Shown: piece by piece, positions 1 to 8,619 of the stretch
Numbering within the stretch: the stretch's first letter is position 1
Layout of the letters: each line of letters begins with the position of its first letter
DNA from: Candidatus Levyibacteriota bacterium
GTDB lineage: Bacteria; Patescibacteriota; Microgenomatia; Levybacterales; UBA12049
Assembly: GCA_052034235.1 (NCBI GenBank)
Contig: JBPOIT010000014.1
Span: 1,924 to 65,923, forward strand
DNA: 64,000 bases
Reading direction: 5' to 3'
Position numbers and translations under genes: made by a program
Notes under the pieces: generated by a model
Seen by the model: only the letters and a program-made list of their open reading frames with translations
Told to the model about the DNA's origin: nothing
Database searches by the model: none

Positions 1-15
1 TAATTATATTAAAGC

Positions 16-786
16 TTACCTAGCAATTTCTGAACCCCATCCATCATATTGAGCGTTATGTTTTTCAGCTAGTTTAATTAATTTATCAGTAGAGCTGTTT
101 AGTAACTCGATATTAAGAGGCGAACGAACTGAGATTTGTAACACATAAATATTCCCGCCGTTATCAGATAATTCATGTTTCTCTATTGGGAATTTTATTT
201 TTTGCAGTTCCCTCAAAAAGCTTTCACGATTTTCCTTATTATCAAAAAATATTGCGTGATCGATAAGTCTTTCTTTTTCAGGTTTATCACCCTCCTGAAT
301 TATTCGATTGATCAAAGTGGAATTATGATATTTTTGTTTTTCTGTTAGTGGTGGATATAACATCTGATAATAATCCTGCCAATCTTTGCCTTCCCTTACA
401 TCAACATAAAAAGAATACTTTTTTGTTTTGTACATTAAATCTTTCAGTTTTGATTCAATAGCTTCAGATTTATTTGTATAAATGAAATAATAAGCTTTAC
501 CATCTGTTATAAATCTTCCAGGGTATTTAGATTTATTCTTGTCTGCAATTTCCGTAATTTTATCTTCAAGTAGATACAACTCATCAAATTTTTCTTTTGA
601 TGGAAAACCGTTTCTTTCCGTGCCAAGATCTTTTATGCTTAAAATAACTAAAGCATGTAACTTTGAGGTTCTATCATTATGAGCAAGACAATCAATACTA
701 ATGGATGCAGGCTTACTTTCAATCAAACGCATCCACGCAACCCATTCAGATTTCTCAGGCTCTTTTTTAAATAATTTTGAAAACAT
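16..786 (-). CDS. DUF695/RraB-like two-domain protein, possibly immunity-protein-like
   Basis: 256-aa ORF. The C-terminal half ends in ...AEKHNAQYDGWGSEI, resembling the RraB / regulator-of-ribonuclease-B fold, which is often paired with DUF695. The start shares a repeated 5' module with the gene at 3126. Confidence 0.4.
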   Translation of the reverse strand: MFSKLFKKEPEKSEWVAWMRLIESKPASISIDCLAHNDRTSKLHALVILSIKDLGTERNGFPSKEKFDELYLLEDKITEIADKNKSKYPGRFITDGKAYYFIYTNKSEAIESKLKDLMYKTKKYSFYVDVREGKDWQDYYQMLYPPLTEKQKYHNSTLINRIIQEGDKPEKERLIDHAIFFDNKENRESFLRELQKIKFPIEKHELSDNGGNIYVLQISVRSPLNIELLNSSTDKLIKLAEKHNAQYDGWGSEIAR

Positions 787-935
787 AACTTATCTATTAT
801 AGCATAATATAGTCTTATAGTGTAGTTATGGTGCCGATTCTAGTACTTTGTGGTAGTAAGATAAGTGGACAAGCCCGCCTCATGATGGATTACTGTCTTC
901 CATTGACTTAGTGAACATAGAAACAGGTAAAATGC
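765..935 (-). repeat. Repeated 5' module, copy 1: promoter plus first seven codons (MFSKLFK)
   Basis: Aligns over about 170 nt with 3105..3275. Shared blocks are CTTATAGT, GG-CGATTCTA, TCTTCCATTG and TGAAC-TAGAA, followed by ATGTTTYCAAAMTTATTTAAA. Confidence 0.6.
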
Positions 936-974
936 AAAAACACTTGGGCATCAAAGAGCTATTTTGGTGCTAAT

Positions 975-1820
975 TTAATGGTCGTAATGAGAATAATACT
1001 CAAGTGATTTCTTTCCCATAAATGACTTTAAACGTTTTGTTAACTCTTCACTTGCAATATTTTCAAGAAAACAGGTAAAGACTGCGTTTGATAATAACTG
1101 AGCATCATCCTGATTATAGTTTTTATCTTCTTCTCTCTCCCAATCCTCAATATGAGTAAATAAATCCTCTAGCTGCTGATTTGAAAAATTATTAAAGTTA
1201 TCTCTAAAATATACACTAAATTCAGAAAATAGTCCGTGGTAGGTATAACTTCCATCTTCATCTCTAAAAAGAGTATCTCCACTATTCCATACTTTTACAA
1301 AGTCTGGAAATAATTTAAACAGATAATCTATTACTTCTTCTTTTGTCCTAGCTTTTTGGGCCGTGGTAGAGGTTTTATCGATTACTAGCTTAGCCCCTCC
1401 GTATATAACGTTCAAATCGATATTCATATTCTTAATTCCTCCTTCTAAGTCAATTTTATCGCCTAGCTTTTTAAACCAGTCTTCTCCCAACTGCCGTAGA
1501 TAATCACGCTCTTCAACATAAACTGGAATATTGAGATTTTGATATAATTGTTGTTCGAAATCTTTAACTTTATTTTCTTTTTTGGTGAAACAAATACATA
1601 TACCTACAAAATTTTTAAACCTTAAATTTAATTCGCCACGGATTCCTCGAATTGACCCAATTAAAGCCCCCGCTTCATTCCCAGGTTCTTTTAATATGCG
1701 CTGTGAGTCTACGGTTATTAGTTTGCCATAAGAATTTACAAAGCCATATGTAATATCTTTGGAGCTGATCTCAACACCAACAAATACTTTCCTTTTATCC
1801 GGTATTATAATTTCTCTCAT
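975..1820 (-). CDS. Protein with an N-terminal YqgF/RuvC-like RNase-H-fold domain and an uncharacterised C-terminal domain
   Basis: The N-terminus KVFVGVEISSKDITYGFV ... NFVGICICF ... IPVYVEERDYLRQL follows the three-motif pattern of YqgF (G-D-G-K-IGVAV / IVGLP / DERLST), with D replaced by E in motif 1. The following ~185 aa have no recognisable motif. Start chosen at MREIII (1820) to avoid overlapping the upstream gene. Confidence 0.4.
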   Translation of the reverse strand: MREIIIPDKRKVFVGVEISSKDITYGFVNSYGKLITVDSQRILKEPGNEAGALIGSIRGIRGELNLRFKNFVGICICFTKKENKVKDFEQQLYQNLNIPVYVEERDYLRQLGEDWFKKLGDKIDLEGGIKNMNIDLNVIYGGAKLVIDKTSTTAQKARTKEEVIDYLFKLFPDFVKVWNSGDTLFRDEDGSYTYHGLFSEFSVYFRDNFNNFSNQQLEDLFTHIEDWEREEDKNYNQDDAQLLSNAVFTCFLENIASEELTKRLKSFMGKKSLEYYSHYDH

Positions 1821-1836
1821 ATTCAGTTCATCAAAT

Positions 1837-3126
1837 CTAAGCCAATTTAGTAACTTCATGCTTATCAAATTTAGCAATTGCTTTTTTTGCCTCAGCTTTT
1901 ACCTCTCCATCAGATGTATACCCAACTTTCTTTGGATCGAGTTTTATTGTTCTCTTGTAATTATGTGGGAAGTTTGTAAAAGGATAAATTATCATCTTTG
2001 TCTTAACCGCTTTCAATTTTCGCAATATATTGATAAAAGTCCATAACTGAGCATTAGAAAGGTTTGATTCTTCTAATTTTTTAACAACTAACGCAGTTGC
2101 TCTTTTGACATTTTCTGTTTTTTTAAAATTTGCCATTGAACTAATCAGCCAACCATCATCTCTAAATTTTTTACTTTTTAATAAACTAAAAACTGTTTCA
2201 GCATGAGTATCATCAACCCATCTTATTACTGCATTTCCTAGTTCTATAGGTATGCCTGTTTTATAACCCAATTTGTTTATATAATTAGGATCTGCTGATT
2301 TATACCTCTCAAGAACTGAATCAAAGATATATTTCTTAGCAGTTGGAAAATTAATCAAAACATGGATAATTGTACTCTTAGCATCATCGGATAAATGATC
2401 TTTTTTTAACCAATCTGCTAGAATTGTCAGTGATTTTTCGTTTATTTCTTTTTTATAATCAGGATATAAGAAGTAGTCTAGGTCTTTTATCTTAATACCG
2501 GCTGCATTAAGAGAGTCGATAACAGGCTTCCTTTGATAGTAATTATTAATTATTTCTTTAATTTTCTCAAAAGGTCTTTCAACAAGTGATTGTAGTTGAT
2601 AACTATTATTTTTACTCAGTATTTTTAATATCTTCATCTCTTCATCAGTGAGATCCTTACGTGTATATAGATCCTCTAATATGGCTTTGGCTTCTTTCCT
2701 TTTTTCCGCTTTATTGGAATTTGCTAATAGATCAGCAAGTTTTTGTTCGACAGGCACAAATATAACAGATTTCCTTTTAAGATTTTTCTTATATGCTATA
2801 CATTCTCGATAATATTTTTCTGCATTTTTTATATCTCCTTCAGATTCATAAGAAATGCCTAGCTGATAATATGCTTCTATAACCGAAAAATCTTCCTCTG
2901 GATAATCATCCGTTACTCTTTTAAATAGATCTCTTGCAGCTTTTCTAATTTTCGGATTAGAAGAGTAAGACATATACGTTGCTTTAATACGCATATATTG
3001 AGCTTTATTATCGTTGCCTCTAGATTTATTTAGCTTGAGTTCAAATAACTCTCTATGCTCTTTATCCCAATTCTCACTTCGGTACCAATAATCTGTCTTT
3101 GATGGTTTAAATAAGTTTGGAAACAT
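1837..3126 (-). CDS. TPR-like repeat hypothetical protein
   Basis: 429-aa ORF. The N-terminal region (EAYYQLGISYESEGDIKNAEKYYRECIAY) is TPR-like. Starts MFPNLFK, inside repeat copy 2. Confidence 0.45.
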   Translation of the reverse strand: MFPNLFKPSKTDYWYRSENWDKEHRELFELKLNKSRGNDNKAQYMRIKATYMSYSSNPKIRKAARDLFKRVTDDYPEEDFSVIEAYYQLGISYESEGDIKNAEKYYRECIAYKKNLKRKSVIFVPVEQKLADLLANSNKAEKRKEAKAILEDLYTRKDLTDEEMKILKILSKNNSYQLQSLVERPFEKIKEIINNYYQRKPVIDSLNAAGIKIKDLDYFLYPDYKKEINEKSLTILADWLKKDHLSDDAKSTIIHVLINFPTAKKYIFDSVLERYKSADPNYINKLGYKTGIPIELGNAVIRWVDDTHAETVFSLLKSKKFRDDGWLISSMANFKKTENVKRATALVVKKLEESNLSNAQLWTFINILRKLKAVKTKMIIYPFTNFPHNYKRTIKLDPKKVGYTSDGEVKAEAKKAIAKFDKHEVTKLA

Positions 3127-3275
3127 AATGATATATTATACCATAATTAAAGCTTATAGTTTTATTTGGGGTCGATTCTATACCCTATGGAAGTACGGTG
3201 CTAGGAATAATCTGCCTCAGGCTGGAGGATTGTTTTCCATTGCTCAAATGAACCTAGAAGCTGGTCTCAATATTG
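3105..3275 (-). repeat. Repeated 5' module, copy 2: promoter plus first seven codons (MFPNLFK)
   Basis: See copy 1. Both copies carry TGGTATAAT or TATAAT about 10 nt upstream of the ATG. Confidence 0.6.
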
Positions 3276-3296
3276 TGGGAATACCATTTTTAAAAA

Positions 3297-3779
3297 CTAT
3301 TCGGTTCCAACTTTTAACTCTCTAAAACTTTCATCTAAAGCAATTTTACTAAGATCCTTACAAACTTCATTTGAAACAAAAAACTTTCCCTTTTTAATCA
3401 ATAAAAATTCATTATATTGAGGAACAATCATTGCAGGCTTATCATTTATTAACCCAACTTTAATAGAACCGTTCACAATTGAATCTATAAAGTTAATTAT
3501 ATCTGTCTCAATTTCTTTTGCAAAACTTTGATATTTTGGAAGGGCTAAATTATACAGGTCAGTATTAATTTCATGTTCCAGAAGTATTTTATCTTTTTCA
3601 TCTAGTAAATAAAATTTAAGACCGAGCCATTCTGGTGGGTTTACGTTTATTTCAAGAAGAAATTCCTCACTCTTTATAACAAAAACTCTTCCCTGTTTAT
3701 CATTTTTTGACTCCACAGAAAATCCTTTATTTTTAAGTAATTGAATTTTCTCTGTAACTTTTTCACCTATATTATTCAT
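3297..3779 (-). CDS. Hypothetical soluble protein
   Basis: 160-aa ORF in the co-directional cluster. No motif recognised. Confidence 0.35.
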   Translation of the reverse strand: MNNIGEKVTEKIQLLKNKGFSVESKNDKQGRVFVIKSEEFLLEINVNPPEWLGLKFYLLDEKDKILLEHEINTDLYNLALPKYQSFAKEIETDIINFIDSIVNGSIKVGLINDKPAMIVPQYNEFLLIKKGKFFVSNEVCKDLSKIALDESFRELKVGTE

Positions 3780-3885
3780 AGTTTAGTCACCAATAAAATA
3801 AATATACTCATGTATATCTGCACTCTCGATAAATTTGATAGTGTTATTTTCATATTAATTTTTCCTTTCAGGAAATAACGATTAT

Positions 3886-4263
3886 TTAGTGATACACGAA
3901 CTTATTGAGTAAAGATAAAATAAGAAAGTTGATAAAAAAGACTATGACAGCTAAAATCATAAGATATCGTGTTCTCTTAGCAGCAGCATTCAACTCTTTA
4001 TCTTTATGTTTTGCAAAAATAATCTTCCAATAATAGAAATCTCCTATAATAATCTTTAAATATCTATCCTGATATGCGGTAAAATAACGGAATTCTTCAT
4101 ACCAGAAAATAGGATAATCAGGATTTATTTTCTTTCTATATAGCCTTAAATATTTAATTTCGGTAGCTTTCTGCAAGTAAAAGACTATTAGGAAAGCACT
4201 GAGGGAAACAATAAGTATTATGACATCTAAGTCGTATTTTATAAGTATGTCTTTAAGATTCAT
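3886..4263 (-). CDS. Small membrane protein, two or three TM helices
   Basis: 125-aa ORF with hydrophobic segments at both termini. Confidence 0.35.
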   Translation of the reverse strand: MNLKDILIKYDLDVIILIVSLSAFLIVFYLQKATEIKYLRLYRKKINPDYPIFWYEEFRYFTAYQDRYLKIIIGDFYYWKIIFAKHKDKELNAAAKRTRYLMILAVIVFFINFLILSLLNKFVYH

Positions 4264-4278
4264 AATTTTTAAAAGAAA

Positions 4279-4623
4279 TTAATTTTTTTCATCCTCTTCA
4301 AATTCTGGATGATTCTTAAGAACGAGATCGTATTCTTCAGGTGTAAGTTTGGTTAATTTCTCAAAAATTAACTCTTCATTCGATACTGGTGACTTCTTTT
4401 CAAGTTCACCATTTACTTCAGCTTCTAACAACGCTTCTTTATATAGATCCTTTGAATGGTCCGAAGACACTGTCTTCTCCTTTTTAGTTCTCTTTTCAAA
4501 AGCACAAAGAGGACAGATCATATAGACTTCGGTTTCATCTCTGTCATCTAAAAACACAGGAAATTTAATAAGACGTTCTGAAAAATGTCTACCACAATCC
4601 GGACATTGCTTTTTAGTATCCAT
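4279..4623 (-). CDS. Zinc-ribbon protein with a Lys/Glu-rich tail
   Basis: CPDCG...(24 aa)...CPLC, followed by a charged tail. Promoter ACTATAAGACTTAAATATGGTATAAT lies 8 nt upstream of the ATG. Confidence 0.45.
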   Translation of the reverse strand: MDTKKQCPDCGRHFSERLIKFPVFLDDRDETEVYMICPLCAFEKRTKKEKTVSSDHSKDLYKEALLEAEVNGELEKKSPVSNEELIFEKLTKLTPEEYDLVLKNHPEFEEDEKN

Positions 4624-4667
4624 AGAAGGATTATACCATATTTAAGTCTTATAGTATATTTCCGCAG

Positions 4668-5372
4668 CTAAATAGGGTTCTGTAGATGCTTTCTATGATA
4701 TTCAGTGTCACGTAAAGATGTTCCAATTCCTAAGGCTATTTTTGTGCCATTTACTTCTCCTAAAACTCCCATCGCAAGAACTGTGCCGTAATCTGGAATA
4801 TCTAATTGCCATCTAATAAAGTCTTTTTCAAGATATTTATCTGTCTTTTTTTTTATTTCATCTATTGATAAAGAGGTATCTATATCTATTTGAAAATGGG
4901 GTCTCCAGTAATCTCTTTTTGTATGATTACCTTTATTTAATACTATTTCAAATAATGAATTTTGCCAGTTACTAAAGTCACCGGTAAACAACCATTTCTG
5001 TGATGAAAAACCTGACGTTTCTTCATACAATGGCAAATTGTTTGAAGCAGTTAGTTTTTTTAATAACGCAATCTCTTTTTCAATATCTTCACAATAATAG
5101 CTTATACCTAAATGATTTAGCCTTATTATGCTTTTTGAAATTGACTCAAGAAAAAAAGAGAAATTTCCTTTCATTTTAATTTCTTTCCCTGTTTTATCAC
5201 TAACGAGATCTCTTTGAAAACTATGCTTCCCAAAAAGAATATCTGTTGGTGTTAACTTTAATAAATCAATCTTGCAACCAACAAAACGATTTAATTCATC
5301 TAACATAGCTATCAACGTTTCATTAAAAGAATTTTCAAGTTTAGACATGGATAAATTATAACCGATTCTCAT
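4668..5372 (-). CDS. Hypothetical protein
   Basis: 234-aa ORF with no recognised motif. Confidence 0.4.
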   Translation of the reverse strand: MRIGYNLSMSKLENSFNETLIAMLDELNRFVGCKIDLLKLTPTDILFGKHSFQRDLVSDKTGKEIKMKGNFSFFLESISKSIIRLNHLGISYYCEDIEKEIALLKKLTASNNLPLYEETSGFSSQKWLFTGDFSNWQNSLFEIVLNKGNHTKRDYWRPHFQIDIDTSLSIDEIKKKTDKYLEKDFIRWQLDIPDYGTVLAMGVLGEVNGTKIALGIGTSLRDTEYHRKHLQNPI

Positions 5373-5446
5373 GCTTTAAGGCGCTGGAATAAAGGCCGAA
5401 AGAAGGAAATTGAAGTCATAAAGGCTAAATGGTCCCAACCCTTTAC

Positions 5447-6031
5447 TCACTTTAAGAATTCTACGCTCGTAACTATCGCTTCGAATTCTTTCCAATATTG
5501 ACTGTATTCTTCTTTTGTAATTTTATCTCCAACACATATTGCGATACTAAAAACGTCATTTTTATTCTTTATAAATAAATCTCTGCAACTTGGGACTTTT
5601 AAAGGATGAGTATCATAGCCAGTTGTAACTTCGATGACTTCTCTGTTTTTTAATTTTTTCTTTTTACTTTGTTTAACTTCCCAATACATAGTATATTCAG
5701 CTGCATATGTTGCTAAATCTACATGCTCTTGATAATTAGCAATCAGAAAAACACCTTTTACATGGGTATATTCGTCTCTTTCATCACCCCAGACTTGGTT
5801 TTTATCTAAATGTAACCCATACTCTTCTACTCCTGATGACTTATATGAACTCGGATACTCCAAGGAATAAGCTTTGTTCGTATAGATTTTAGTATTATTG
5901 GCTGTATTTTTAACGTTAAAACCAAAATACCCTGAATTGTAGAATATTATCAATGCGTTATATATTCCAATAATAACCACTACTAAAAGAATAAAACCCA
6001 ATACTAATTTCTTTCTCTTTTTTATAAACAT
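5447..6031 (-). CDS. Membrane-anchored hypothetical protein
   Basis: N-terminal TM helix (LVLGFILLVVVIIGIYNALIIF) followed by a soluble domain. TATAAT sits 5 nt upstream of the ATG. Confidence 0.4.
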   Translation of the reverse strand: MFIKKRKKLVLGFILLVVVIIGIYNALIIFYNSGYFGFNVKNTANNTKIYTNKAYSLEYPSSYKSSGVEEYGLHLDKNQVWGDERDEYTHVKGVFLIANYQEHVDLATYAAEYTMYWEVKQSKKKKLKNREVIEVTTGYDTHPLKVPSCRDLFIKNKNDVFSIAICVGDKITKEEYSQYWKEFEAIVTSVEFLK

Positions 6032-6207
6032 AGTTATTATATTTTACTGCCTTGTATAGCTACCTCTGCATCTATACTATTTTTTTATTCTGTATCCATT
6101 TTTGTCTATTCACTATCATATTCTTATATAGTACCTTTAACGAAATGTCATCTTATTATTTCATAAGGTAAAAGCAATAATTCAGTGATTAATTAGAATT
6201 CAAGATT

Positions 6208-6909
6208 TTAAATTAGGTGAAAGATTCTTAGTATTCCTACCACTAAAAGAACGGTTCCAATAAATAGTATCCATTTTTGCGCGCTAGGTTTAGAAAAATA
6301 ATACTTTTTCATTAAATATTTTGTATTTTGCTTTAGCGTAAGTATAAGATAAATTCCAATAAAACATACAACCCAATCAATTATGTTCGTTGATGTTTTT
6401 ATATTGAGATACGATATTAATTTTGAAAAAGGAATAAGAAAAACAATAGTACCTACTGAGAAAACTATTGTTTGTGTACGCCACAGTTGCTCTTTATTAG
6501 AAGTGGAAGATGAAGGAAGTTTCGTTTGATTACCTAATATTTTACGAATCCTTTTTGATCGCATTAGTAAAGATATTGCATAGGATGTTGAAATAATAAA
6601 GACAGCGATGATATCCTCCTGTATTATACTCGCAAAAATAATTCCAAAAACAAAACCTAATATCTCAATATATATCTGCGTTTCTTTATCTGCTGGTAGC
6701 GATACGGAGGGAGTAGAAAAATCATGCAAGAATTTACCGACTTGTCTAAATCCTAAAATAAAGAATAATCCGTAAAACATCGCGACTGAATATCCAACAT
6801 TGGTAAAGCTCTCATCTCCTGTCACACTTGATGCACCAAAAAAAAGAATTGCTATTAAAATAGCAGTCGTTGTAAAGTATTCATTAATTATTTTCGAAAT
6901 ATGTGACAT
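6208..6909 (-). CDS. Polytopic membrane protein
   Basis: 233-aa ORF with about six hydrophobic helices. Confidence 0.4.
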   Translation of the reverse strand: MSHISKIINEYFTTTAILIAILFFGASSVTGDESFTNVGYSVAMFYGLFFILGFRQVGKFLHDFSTPSVSLPADKETQIYIEILGFVFGIIFASIIQEDIIAVFIISTSYAISLLMRSKRIRKILGNQTKLPSSSTSNKEQLWRTQTIVFSVGTIVFLIPFSKLISYLNIKTSTNIIDWVVCFIGIYLILTLKQNTKYLMKKYYFSKPSAQKWILFIGTVLLVVGILRIFHLI

Positions 6910-6965
6910 AGATTCATTTACCTAACACAGTTTCATTGACTCATTCTTATCCGTATATATTGTAT

Positions 6966-8039
6966 TTATATTGATACGGTAGACATGTTGTCTTCTAACT
7001 TTGGTTCAAACGGTTCATTATCTGAACCTATAACGAGTACCCCATAACCATGGTTAACCATCGCACAGCCGAATTCATAATTCGTATCACTCAATAAATA
7101 ACTTGTATCGAAATCCTGTTCCCAGCTACTAATGGCAGAATCGACATTAGTTTGTTTTGTAAATAAAACAAATACATTATCAGGCACATGACTTTCTTTG
7201 GTTAATTGTGAATTCTGAGCATTACCGTGCACGTAATCATAGTCTTTTTGGAATGCTTCTTGGTCACTAAATGCCGTTTCTCCTCGTTTTACTATATCAA
7301 TTAAACGCAATTCTGCTATTTTACATAAATATTTATTCTGATTTAATTGTCGCGCGTTATAAATTTCCCGCCTGTTATTAAAAGCCGTCATTAATTCTTC
7401 AGACGTATAGTCTCTTTGAATTGATTTCTCTTGCGCTATTTTTTCTTCTAACATAAATGTCCATACACACATTCCAGTAGCAAAAATAATAACTCCTATA
7501 AATGAAAAAAGAATTCTTTTAATTGGTCTTTTTTTTAATTGTAAGTAGTACGAGAGTATGGGGATAACAAGACATGAGAGTGAAGATATAACATCAAAAG
7601 CAAAGAGCAAGATTTTATATTCTATCGGCTTTAAAACCGTTATCGCATCTCCTGGTCCCGTTTTGGAAAAACCGAAAAAAGTTTGAATATTTGAGTAAAG
7701 AAATGCATATCCTATGAAAAGCAAAAAAAGAAATAGCCCTATGAAAAGCTGTCTTTTAAATGCATTTTTTGTTAAATTTTTCTTTTCCTCAGTTATGTGG
7801 TATTTCTTTTTTGCGAGACGATAAACATGAATTGCTGAAACTAATCCAAATAATAAATATATATATGTAATCCCTGGGACTACATAAGTTTCTGAGATAT
7901 GGGATATGTAATACCATGCTTGATATGGAATAGTAAAGAGTAAGAGTAAGCTTCCGAAAATTTTTTTGTCAATGAGAAAGTATCCTACCCCAGGAAAAGA
8001 AAGGTTAAAAATTGCAGGAATCCAATGTCGCAAATTCAT
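6966..8039 (-). CDS. Membrane protein with a C-terminal soluble domain
   Basis: About 6 TM helices, then a ~170-aa hydrophilic domain. A TTGACT-N18-TATAAT promoter lies upstream. Confidence 0.45.
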   Translation of the reverse strand: MNLRHWIPAIFNLSFPGVGYFLIDKKIFGSLLLLFTIPYQAWYYISHISETYVVPGITYIYLLFGLVSAIHVYRLAKKKYHITEEKKNLTKNAFKRQLFIGLFLFLLFIGYAFLYSNIQTFFGFSKTGPGDAITVLKPIEYKILLFAFDVISSLSCLVIPILSYYLQLKKRPIKRILFSFIGVIIFATGMCVWTFMLEEKIAQEKSIQRDYTSEELMTAFNNRREIYNARQLNQNKYLCKIAELRLIDIVKRGETAFSDQEAFQKDYDYVHGNAQNSQLTKESHVPDNVFVLFTKQTNVDSAISSWEQDFDTSYLLSDTNYEFGCAMVNHGYGVLVIGSDNEPFEPKLEDNMSTVSI

Positions 8040-8109
8040 ATTATAAGTTTTTAATATATGGGTCTTATTATATCAATTTGCTTTATTATTAGTCAACTAT
8101 AGGTTTATA

Positions 8110-8508
8110 TTAACGCTCATGCAATTTTAGCAAAGCCTTGACGAATTCGTCGGCTTGGTTCTCTTGGGTTTTAATTTCAGATTCTGTTTGTGCGTTTTCG
8201 ATTGCATTTTTGTGGTTAAGGACGACGTGGCCTACTTCGTGGAGAATCGTGTATCGGATTTGAGATTCATCTTCTCTGAAAAGTTCTTCTGACAAAAAAA
8301 TTAAATGCCGCTCTTTAATTTCTGAACCTCTGAAAGTAAACGCCCATGCATCTTCAGGGGACGAGATAAACCATACCGTTTTGCAGACATGTTCAATCAT
8401 ATCAGGCGGAAGAAAGAGTACCGTTTTGCACACCTGTTCCCGCATAAAAGCATTACCAATAAGCTTCCCACCCAAAGCCCGCCTCACTTTAACTATCGTC
8501 CACCTCAT
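8110..8508 (-). CDS. ImmA/IrrE-family (DUF955-like) HExxH zinc metallopeptidase
   Basis: TILHEVGHVVLNH followed about 25 aa later by ENQADEFVKALL, matching the HExxH ... E-EAN-FA layout of ImmA/IrrE. TATAAT lies 6 nt upstream of the ATG. Confidence 0.5.
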   Translation of the reverse strand: MRWTIVKVRRALGGKLIGNAFMREQVCKTVLFLPPDMIEHVCKTVWFISSPEDAWAFTFRGSEIKERHLIFLSEELFREDESQIRYTILHEVGHVVLNHKNAIENAQTESEIKTQENQADEFVKALLKLHER

Positions 8509-8619
8509 GTGGCTATTATATAAAGGAACGATATTGATTGAAAGTAAGAAGCCTTTTATGTGCGCTTTTGTAACATATGATTTTGAATTAAGTTCAAAAA
8601 TTGCTACAATGTATTTTCT

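Noticed and set aside
3128-3325. 65-aa plus-strand ORF in the intergenic region upstream of the TPR-like gene
   Set aside because: It falls inside the repeated 5' module, which is interpreted as a promoter for the minus-strand gene. No RBS or promoter is present for the plus strand.
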